Shown piece after piece: positions 42,940-50,796 of a stretch of 64,000 nucleotides of DNA (positions are counted from its first letter, which is position 1; each line of letters opens with the position of its first letter). The DNA is taken from the NCBI GenBank assembly GCA_965263355.1, contig CBDHHL010000032.1, forward strand, positions 608,001 to 672,000. Reading direction: 5' to 3'. The translations under genes were made by a program, and so were the position numbers. This DNA comes from Leptolyngbyaceae cyanobacterium (GTDB lineage: Bacteria > Cyanobacteriota > Cyanobacteriia > Phormidesmidales > Phormidesmidaceae). The notes under the pieces were generated by a model, which was given only the letters and a program-made list of their open reading frames with translations, was not told the origin of the DNA and did not search any database.

Positions 42940-43184
42940 GGAGCCCCTAAAAATTGGATGATGCCTAAAAACGCATCCAAGGTAAACACCCTAAGGTTGT
43001 TTCAAAACTATAGTTTTTGAATATGGACACGATCTATTTAGATATTGCCTTAGGGTGCTCAATAAAATCGATTAAATCCATCTATACCTTTCATACAACC
43101 TTTGCAGCAGACCTCTTGATTTGTTCAGTTGCTAACCCATAAACTAAGCAACTGGGAATCAGAACTACAGCCAGAGACAGGACT

Positions 43185-44177
43185 ATGGGTCTAATCAGTA
43201 TTCGCCCTGAAGGGTTGTATTGTGAAGCTGGCAATTTTTATATTGATCCTTGGCGCTCAGTAGAAACGGCACTGATTACCCACGCCCATTCTGATCATGC
43301 TCGCGCTGGTTCAAGGCATTATTATGCGATCGCAACCTCAGACGGCATTTTACGTAAACGCCTGGGCAAAGACATTCAACTAACATCTACGCAATATGGC
43401 AAAAAAATCAAACTAGGTAACACCTGGGTTTCATTTCATTCAGCCGGTCATGTACTCGGCTCAGCCCAGATTCGAGTGGAGCACAGAGATGAAGTTTGGG
43501 GCATTTCAGGAGACTATAAACGGTGTGCAGACCCGACCTGTGAGCCCTTTGAGGTGGTGGAATGCGACACGTACATCACAGAAGCCACCTTTGGATTACC
43601 CATCTATCGTTGGCAGTCAGGAACAACAACAGCCGAGCAAATCTATCATTGGTGGCACAGCGATTTAGAACGCCCATCATTGTTATTTTGTTATTCCTTT
43701 GGCAAGGCCCAGCGAGTGTTGGCAGAGCTGACTCAGTTTACCGATAAAACTGTCTATGTCCATGGAGCAGTACAAGCTCTGACAGATATTTATCGAGAGG
43801 TGGGCATACAAATGCTCCCTACTGTACCCACCAGTCAAACAGAGAAATCCTACAAGTTTCAGGGAGACTTGATAATTGCTCCCCCATCAGGCCATCGTTC
43901 CTCTTGGATGAAACGATTTAAGCGCCCCCAAACAGCCTTTGCCTCAGGATGGATGGCAGTAAGAGGTGCCCGTCGTCGCCGAGGATATGAACGGGGATTT
44001 GTTCTCTCAGATCACGCCGATTGGCCCAGTCTCATCAAAACCGTCAAGCAAACCAACGCTAAAACAGTCTACGTCACCCACGGGCAAAACGATGTTCTGT
44101 CACGTTATCTTACAGAGCAGTTGGGCATTAATGCCATGCCATTAGATACCCTATTCGAAGGCGAGGTAGACACTTAA
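43185..44177 (+). CDS. Ligase-associated DNA damage response exonuclease (MBL/beta-CASP)
   Basis: THAHSDH, AGHVLGS, EATFGLP, YSFGKAQR, LSDHADW. Confidence 0.92.
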   Translation: MGLISIRPEGLYCEAGNFYIDPWRSVETALITHAHSDHARAGSRHYYAIATSDGILRKRLGKDIQLTSTQYGKKIKLGNTWVSFHSAGHVLGSAQIRVEHRDEVWGISGDYKRCADPTCEPFEVVECDTYITEATFGLPIYRWQSGTTTAEQIYHWWHSDLERPSLLFCYSFGKAQRVLAELTQFTDKTVYVHGAVQALTDIYREVGIQMLPTVPTSQTEKSYKFQGDLIIAPPSGHRSSWMKRFKRPQTAFASGWMAVRGARRRRGYERGFVLSDHADWPSLIKTVKQTNAKTVYVTHGQNDVLSRYLTEQLGINAMPLDTLFEGEVDT

Positions 44178-44253
44178 GAAACCGATTAATTAACTATTTA
44201 TCTCACTCGTCACTTGCCTAAAATGCTTAAGAATTTGTAGTGCAGTAGCAAGC

Positions 44254-44431
44254 TCACACTTGGAATAAATAACGCCGCCGCAGCTCATGCAACGCCATTT
44301 GGTCAGACTCTACCAGACTTAGAAAATCCCTCTGCCACTCCGCAAAAAATCCCTCATCCTCATTGCAGTGTCAAGTTAAAGCGTCGTTCTACTTCAGCAA
44401 GGGTAGTAATTGCTTCAATAGCAACTGTCAT
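44254..44431 (-). pseudogene. Frameshifted, truncated N-terminal fragment of a cyanobacterial 'restriction endonuclease subunit R'-like family
   Basis: Minus strand reads MTVAIEAITTLAEVERRFNLT/RNEDEGFFAEWQRDF...ALHELRRRYLFQV* with one +1 shift near 44367; family recalled from memory. Confidence 0.6.
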
Positions 44432-44534
44432 GGGAAGGGCGATATGCGATTTGCACAATACTAGCAAACCCAGAGAATAGCTATCATCTAAAACTTTGGA
44501 AACAGGATAGTCGCCTAGGAACTAACGCTGAGTA

Positions 44535-44556
44535 ACTTTGCAGAAAACTACAAAGT
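44535..44556. promoter_or_regulatory. Imperfect palindrome, candidate operator, copy 1
   Basis: actttgcag-aaaa-ctacaaagt, upstream of the response regulator; 18/22 match at 47893. Confidence 0.45.
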
Positions 44557-44803
44557 CCATGGCTGTTTTTATCAACGAAACTGCAGAATTTGATTATTGT
44601 CGAACAGGCTGCTCAAAAACTAATGTAGAAACACTGATAGATAGGGTTTTCTGACATTTGGAAATGTTCTGTCATCGGTACTAACGAAATGCCTTAAATA
44701 ACCTTGTGCATCTAAGTAGCAAAAACGCGTCAAATAAATGTTGGGGGCAACTGACCGTTAATGCTTTAGCATCTACAACAGCCATAGATAGTGAACATGA
44801 ACC

Positions 44804-45493
44804 ATGGGCCCCACATCCAACGAAACACCTGCCGGTAAAATCCTGATTGTTGACGATCACCAGGTCGTCCTGAGTGGCACCATCGATATCCTGCGTCAAC
44901 ACTACCCAACCTATGACTTATTAACGGCTAAAACAGCCCAGGAAGCGCTTGAGAAATTAGCCAACCATCGACTTGACCTGGCGATTTTAGACCTGTCTAT
45001 TCCTGACGCGTTACACCAGGATGCCAAGGTGGAAACTGGCATTGAGCTACTTAGGCAAGTGATGAAACACTACCCCGAGCAAAACATTGCCATCCAAAGC
45101 ACCTACATCAAGGCTCTAGTTCGAGTTAGATCCGAGATCGACAGCCATCAGGGTGGCTTTACCATCGTCGATAAAAGCATGTCTAGCCAGGACATTTTTC
45201 AGCGCATTGATGGTGCCTTAAAAGGATTTAGCCATACCCGAGGCATTAAAGCACTACAGGCTGGCATCGAACTAAAACCCGAATGGCTACAGGTTCTCAC
45301 CTTTGCGTTTCATGAAGGTCTACAGGACAAAGCCATTGCCCAAGCACTGAGCGTACAACCCAGCACAATTCGCCATTACTGGAATAAACTCTACGACGTG
45401 CTGGAAATAGACCCTGAGCTAGACAAAAAGGAAGGAAAAAATCTGCGTAGCCTAACTGAAATCCGTGCCCGTGAGCGAGGGCTACTGGACTAA
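44804..45493 (+). CDS. NarL/LuxR-type response regulator
   Basis: ILIVDDH, AILDLSIP receiver domain; C-terminal HTH (GLQDKAIA..TIRHYW). Confidence 0.92.
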   Translation: MGPTSNETPAGKILIVDDHQVVLSGTIDILRQHYPTYDLLTAKTAQEALEKLANHRLDLAILDLSIPDALHQDAKVETGIELLRQVMKHYPEQNIAIQSTYIKALVRVRSEIDSHQGGFTIVDKSMSSQDIFQRIDGALKGFSHTRGIKALQAGIELKPEWLQVLTFAFHEGLQDKAIAQALSVQPSTIRHYWNKLYDVLEIDPELDKKEGKNLRSLTEIRARERGLLD

Positions 45494-47460
45494 TGGACGC
45501 TGCTGGATTAGTAGAAGAACGGAGTCGCTGGGGAGAACTTTTAGAAAAGCTCAAAACAGGACTCTGGGGGATCGGTATTGTCGCATCCATCATAGGTGCC
45601 CGTTCCTTAGGCGCATTTCATGTTTTGGAACTTATGGCGTTAGATCGCCTATTTGCCACGCAGCTATCCTTTGAAACAGGCGATAAGGCCATCACGATCG
45701 TTGAAATTGGCCCTAACTATGCTGATGGTTCTGAAGAACAGGGCTACACCATTGATGCCACATCGTTGGCAGACGTCTTAGACAATATCTTCAAAAATGA
45801 ACCGGCTGTTGTTGGTGCAGATATCTTGTCTTATCGAATTACAGGAGATATTCAAAATAACCTGCTACCAACTATTGAAAAACATTCCAACCTGATTACA
45901 GTCGAGGGGATTTTAGCTAATCCAGCAGAGCCATTACCGGGTCTCTCTGAAACGCAATTAGCACAGCAAGTTGGATTTAATGACTTGGTTATTGATCAAG
46001 ATGGTACTGTTCGTCGTGCCCTTTTAGATGCCTATAAAAATGAAGAATATAGGACATCCTTTGCTATTCAGGTAATTCAGAGCTACTTCAAACGTGAAAA
46101 CTCCAGTGGTGAACGACTTGAATTGAAAAATGGTACTAAGGATTCAGCCACTATGAGTTTTGGAGAGGTTGAAATTCCAAGAATTAAAGCTGGATATGGA
46201 TATACTAGCGGTGATGTATTTAGTCTCCAAACCCTCATTAACTATCGAGGTCAGGTAAAACCATTTAAAGTTATTAGTGCGACTGATTTACTCACCTCCC
46301 AAAACGATCAAAATGACCTAATTAAAGATAAGGTCGTTATTATCAGCTTGGTAGGTTCACCTCACGACTATAAAATTCCACTAACCGTATTTAATCGTTT
46401 AATAGATAATTCTCAACTAGTTAACGGTGTCGAGATCCAGGCCTACGTTATCAATCAAGTTATTAAAGCAGTAGAAGATCAGCAACCACTTGTTTGGACT
46501 AATCGAACAGTTCAATATATATTCTTGCTATCTTTGTCAATTCTTAGCATTGTTGCTAGCAGATTTTCAAGGGATGTAATTAGTGGCTTTATTCAATTAT
46601 CGATTATTACTTTTTTAAGTATTTTACTTAGCTATATCCTATTGATGCAGATAGGTCTCTGGTTACCTCTGTCAGCTACCCTTGCGGCTGTCACTTCCAA
46701 TGGTCTTATCTACATTAACTATGCTCAAAATGAGCGTCGTTGGACTAGGTTAATAGCTCAACGAAACCTTGCTCTTGAAAAGGAACGCCATCTATCTGAA
46801 AAATTGGCTTTTGAACGGCAAAAAACGATAGAAAATGTATTTGACTCCATTCATAATGGCCCCTTGCAAACCTTAGCTAATTTATTAAGACGTACTCGCG
46901 ATGAGACAATTGGACTATCCGATATTTGTCTAAGCTTAGAGGATCTAAACCGTGAAATTCGCTATATCGGTGACTCTATTAAGCAAGATGCCACGGAGAA
47001 AAAGGAACGTCTTGATGTTAGCTATGCAGGGACTAAATTTGATTTAAATATTCCTCTTCAAGAGCTATTTCAGGAAGTTTATGATGCAATGTTGTCAAGA
47101 CCTTTATTAGGATTTTCAGACCTCAAGTTCACTATCATATCGTTTGAGCCAATTGAGACAGAAATGCTCAATGTTGAAGTTAAGCGTAAACTATGTAGAT
47201 TTCTAGAAGAAGCCCTAGGAAATGTTGGAAAACATGCTGTTGGAGCTACACGGTTAGTGGTGACCGGAAAAACTAAAGACAACTATTATGAGTTAACCGT
47301 AGCTGATAACGGTCCCGGTTTTCCTCATCATGATACTGAAGCTGGTGAAGGCACCCGTATCGGTAAGGAAATTGAAAAATTAACTCGAGGTAAATTTGTA
47401 CGTAGACAAAATGTACCTAAAGGTTTCTTCTGTCAATTAACGTTTCCGATATCAATCTAA
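45493..47460 (+). CDS. CHASE2-domain sensor histidine kinase (HisKA_3-type)
   Basis: CHASE2 motifs (VGADI, VGFND...D.DG.VRR, GVEIQA), three TM helices, H-box IHNGPLQ, EALGNVGKHA, DNGPG; TAATG stop/start overlap with the regulator. Confidence 0.9.
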   Translation: MDAAGLVEERSRWGELLEKLKTGLWGIGIVASIIGARSLGAFHVLELMALDRLFATQLSFETGDKAITIVEIGPNYADGSEEQGYTIDATSLADVLDNIFKNEPAVVGADILSYRITGDIQNNLLPTIEKHSNLITVEGILANPAEPLPGLSETQLAQQVGFNDLVIDQDGTVRRALLDAYKNEEYRTSFAIQVIQSYFKRENSSGERLELKNGTKDSATMSFGEVEIPRIKAGYGYTSGDVFSLQTLINYRGQVKPFKVISATDLLTSQNDQNDLIKDKVVIISLVGSPHDYKIPLTVFNRLIDNSQLVNGVEIQAYVINQVIKAVEDQQPLVWTNRTVQYIFLLSLSILSIVASRFSRDVISGFIQLSIITFLSILLSYILLMQIGLWLPLSATLAAVTSNGLIYINYAQNERRWTRLIAQRNLALEKERHLSEKLAFERQKTIENVFDSIHNGPLQTLANLLRRTRDETIGLSDICLSLEDLNREIRYIGDSIKQDATEKKERLDVSYAGTKFDLNIPLQELFQEVYDAMLSRPLLGFSDLKFTIISFEPIETEMLNVEVKRKLCRFLEEALGNVGKHAVGATRLVVTGKTKDNYYELTVADNGPGFPHHDTEAGEGTRIGKEIEKLTRGKFVRRQNVPKGFFCQLTFPISI

Positions 47461-47625
47461 ATCAGTAATAAATCAGACATTTAACCCATCCTTTTATCTC
47501 AAAATAATTATATAAAGGAGTAAGGGAATAAAGACTATTTACTTGTTTTTTTATTCCTAATAAATAGACAATATTTAAGATGTCAGGCAAACATCTATCC
47601 ACGTCAACCTAATAATTTCTAGGAG

Positions 47626-47808
47626 GTGATTAAAACGTCTGCATTAAGCATAACAAAGCGGCTATGGCTCAATTTAGTTATAGCAACATTCATTTCCCTG
47701 CCCATCATTCCTTTGACGGGTATTGCTGCTAACGCTAATTTTGAACCGCAACTACCGCGACCAGATCCTGGCCAGCCTACTGGTAGGACAGGGAGTTCTA
47801 CTCGCTGA
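47626..47808 (+). CDS. Small secreted Pro/Gly-rich peptide precursor (signal peptide + ~23-aa mature peptide)
   Basis: Basic N-region, hydrophobic H-region, ANA cleavage site, NFEPQLPRPDPGQPTGRTGSSTR*; AGGAGG at 47621; terminator follows. Confidence 0.65.
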   Translation: MIKTSALSITKRLWLNLVIATFISLPIIPLTGIAANANFEPQLPRPDPGQPTGRTGSSTR

Positions 47809-47841
47809 ATTTCCTAATTGGAAATGATTTAGATCACATAG

Positions 47842-47877
47842 GCGTGGTGATTTTATGCAAAATCACCACGCTTTTTT
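47842..47877 (+). terminator. Rho-independent terminator after the peptide gene
   Basis: gcgtggtgatttt-atgc-aaaatcaccacgc-tttttt. Confidence 0.85.
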
Positions 47878-47892
47878 AGTAAAGTCAACTGC

Positions 47893-47914
47893 ACTTTGTA
47901 GAAAAGTAGAAAGG
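47893..47914. promoter_or_regulatory. Candidate operator, copy 2
   Basis: actttgtagaaaagtagaaagg, 18/22 identical to 44535-44556. Confidence 0.4.
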
Positions 47915-48150
47915 CCTTTAAAGAGAAGATGTAGTACGGCTGGAGAAAAGGTAACAGAGAACTGCATAAAAGCAAATTGTTTTGATAAAGAGCCTTAGGT
48001 ATTCTGTAATTGTTCGATAAACATTAGTGATTTGGCTTACTTTTTTGCTTATCTCACTGATTTACATCTGAACCGTTATTACAAGGTCAGATGATTTATG
48101 TCACTGCTGACCGACGACTGCTTCCTTATTGTGATCTTGGAGCTTGTGCA

Positions 48151-48294
48151 ATGCCTTTCCTACCATTTTTCACAGTTTGTCTGGCCTTTTTTCTCTTCTC
48201 CGAAGTTTTGACTCCCAAGCCCCAGTCTAAGCAAAAGGAAACAAAAGATAACGCTACCAAACTGTTAATCGAGTTGAAAAACGCCGATAGTTGA
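48151..48294 (+). CDS. Small single-pass membrane protein (47 aa)
   Basis: MPFLPFFTVCLAFFLFSEVLTP hydrophobic segment then charged tail; GGAG upstream. Confidence 0.5.
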   Translation: MPFLPFFTVCLAFFLFSEVLTPKPQSKQKETKDNATKLLIELKNADS

Positions 48295-48673
48295 TTAACT
48301 CAGCAATTATTTGATTTAAGCACTAACTAACCTAGTTTGAGAGGACTTCACCATGATCGTTCTATCTTCAATGACAGCAATGAGAACACAGCGTCTAGAG
48401 TTATTCGCGACCTTGGTGATGTCCTTGTGGAATAAGCTCAAACAGCAACCAGGGTGTGAAGCGGATTGCTACTAATATCACATATTTATCTAATACGTTT
48501 TTGGTGTTGTTGATTGTAGGGATGACCGCATCTGAAAAGCGTTAACTCATTACTAACGCAACAGATCGCAACATTTTCTGGATCAGCAACGGTATTTCTC
48601 AAGTTTTGCTGTGACAGTCAGGGGTAAAGTTCGCTAAAAGGCGGCTTTGCTCCTTTTTCTTAAGTTTTACAGA

Positions 48674-50011
48674 CTATTGGTTTTGTTCGTCACGGTTAAA
48701 GCGGAGATTGTCGAGGGTTTGTCCCGGCGGGAGATCGACAAACACTCGATCGCCTGGGGTGACACCTTCTAAAATTTGGATTTGCTTTCCTACTTGGGGA
48801 CCTAGGGTGACAGGGCGAAAGCGAATGTTCTTTTCCTTTTTATCGGGGACGAGGACACCGGTTTCTCCGCCTTGGGTGACAACAGCAACAGCAGGCACAA
48901 CAAGGGCATCACTCAGGCGATCACCCAAAAACGCCACGTCTACATTCATATTTGAGCGCAGCTGCTCTAGTCCATTTTCTAGACGCACCCGGACTTGGAA
49001 AATGGTGACATTTTGACGTTCAATGGCTTCTGGAGCAATTAAACGCACGGTTCCTTTGAATATTATTTCAGGATAGGTTGGCGATATAATCTCTACGGAT
49101 TGACCTACCTGAATCTGTCCTAAGTCAGCTTCGGGTACCTCGGCAATAACCTCTAACCCATCGGCAATGGCAACAATGGCACTGGAGGTAGCTGAGGCTG
49201 CTTCTGAAGCGGACGTAGTCGGGGTGACAAAGGCTCCAACTGTGGCAAATTTTTGGGTTACAACTCCCCCAAATGGTGCACGGATAATTGTATTGTCAAT
49301 ACGGGTTTGAATAGCCGAAATTTGTCCCCGTGCCCGCTCAACACGGGCACGAGCCTGGACGACATCTTCTGGATCTGGGTCATCTGCCAAATCTGCCAGG
49401 CGTTGCTGGGCCTCGACAACGCGTGCTTCTAGTTGTTTGACATTGGCTTGGGCACTATCAACAGCATTTTCGCTGTTGTCGAGTTCACGGGCAGAAATCG
49501 CTCCTTGGCGATAGAGATTGAGATCGCGTTCTAAATCTCCTTCCACCAGACCCAATCGTGCCTCAGCCTCTACCAGTTGCGATCGCACCGCCGCCAAATT
49601 GGCCTGGGACTGGGCTAACTGCGGTTGCTCTGCCCCCTGCAACAAATCCTGCAGTTGAGCCTCGGCTTCCGCTAAATTCGCTTGGTTTTGTTGCAGCTGA
49701 GCATCGAGATCATCAATATCCATGCGAGCAACCACCTGACCTTGCTCGACTACATCCCCCTGTTCGACCAACAGTTCATCCACAATGCCTGAATTTTTAG
49801 GACTCAGGTTGACTATCCTAAACGCTTCTACCTCACCACTGGCATTGATGCGAATCGTTACTTCCGTTGACTCTACTGGCACTGTCAACGCGGTCACATC
49901 GTAGTTGTTGCTGCGGTAACGTCGCACGGCAATTGCACTGATGCCGATAATTGCGATCGCAACACCGCCCATAATCCACAGCAGAGACCGCTGTTTATAA
50001 ACCCATTTCAC
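48674..50011 (-). CDS. Efflux periplasmic adaptor subunit (HlyD/MacA/DevB-like)
   Basis: N-terminal TM, lipoyl-like VEQGDVVEQGQ, long coiled coil, IRAPFGG. Confidence 0.92.
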   Translation of the reverse strand: MKWVYKQRSLLWIMGGVAIAIIGISAIAVRRYRSNNYDVTALTVPVESTEVTIRINASGEVEAFRIVNLSPKNSGIVDELLVEQGDVVEQGQVVARMDIDDLDAQLQQNQANLAEAEAQLQDLLQGAEQPQLAQSQANLAAVRSQLVEAEARLGLVEGDLERDLNLYRQGAISARELDNSENAVDSAQANVKQLEARVVEAQQRLADLADDPDPEDVVQARARVERARGQISAIQTRIDNTIIRAPFGGVVTQKFATVGAFVTPTTSASEAASATSSAIVAIADGLEVIAEVPEADLGQIQVGQSVEIISPTYPEIIFKGTVRLIAPEAIERQNVTIFQVRVRLENGLEQLRSNMNVDVAFLGDRLSDALVVPAVAVVTQGGETGVLVPDKKEKNIRFRPVTLGPQVGKQIQILEGVTPGDRVFVDLPPGQTLDNLRFNRDEQNQ

Positions 50012-50100
50012 TCGCTAATAACTCCATGGTAATGCCCGAGATAACTAGATTCACAAGCCCGTATTGTTGTCCCTATGTAGCTTAGCGAAAGAACGCTCTA

Positions 50101-50796
50101 TCAGGCTGAAACCCAAGCCGCTAGATTTTCTCGGGATTGGCATTCAAACCGCTGGCAAAAAATCGACGAACGATACAGAACAGAACGGTCTAAAAACTCA
50201 GTTAACAAGGCCTGCCGCTTAGCTCGATACACCGTTTCCGGCATCCAGGCATATTCTTGACGGATCTGATGGTTATAGTGCAAAAACCGTTGAGCACTAG
50301 CCCCTAAAATAGCCAGGTCGATATCCACCATCAAGTTAGTCAGCTCAGCCATTCCACCGGGCTGAGACTCGGCAAAATGACAGGTGGCCATAATCAATGA
50401 ATCAACCCAGTTAATCTGAGCGACTTCCCTCCCATGCGTTTGGAGAAATAAAATCGCCTGGTCAGCACTTTGTCGTTCATTGTCAAACCCTTGAGGGTGA
50501 TAAACCACGTCGTGGTACCACAGTGCCATCTCTAGCACTAAAGACCATTGAGGGGGCATAGACCTATGCTCAATAGCCCAGTCCAGCAGGTTTAGACATT
50601 CATTAATATGCTGAGCAGTGTGATACGCCCGATGGGCCTCGGCGTAGGCAGCAGCAATCCGCTTAAATTCCAATTCGATTGCCGCCTGATCATCTATGCC
50701 AAATTGTCGACACAGGCAATGCCAACGGGACAAACTTAAGCTTCGATCAGACTTCAAAAGTCTATTAGTTGTTACCAGACAATACCGATTGGCCAT
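50101..50796 (-). CDS. HD-superfamily metal-dependent phosphohydrolase (COG4339-like)
   Basis: HRAYHTAQH, WYHDVVY, NERQSA, DIDLAILG, IRQEY; start uncertain. Confidence 0.85.
   Translation of the reverse strand: MANRYCLVTTNRLLKSDRSLSLSRWHCLCRQFGIDDQAAIELEFKRIAAAYAEAHRAYHTAQHINECLNLLDWAIEHRSMPPQWSLVLEMALWYHDVVYHPQGFDNERQSADQAILFLQTHGREVAQINWVDSLIMATCHFAESQPGGMAELTNLMVDIDLAILGASAQRFLHYNHQIRQEYAWMPETVYRAKRQALLTEFLDRSVLYRSSIFCQRFECQSRENLAAWVSA

Noticed and set aside
47626..47808. Identifying the peptide as PatS/PatX
   Set aside because: It lacks the RG(S/T)GR pentapeptide and ends in RTGSSTR instead.
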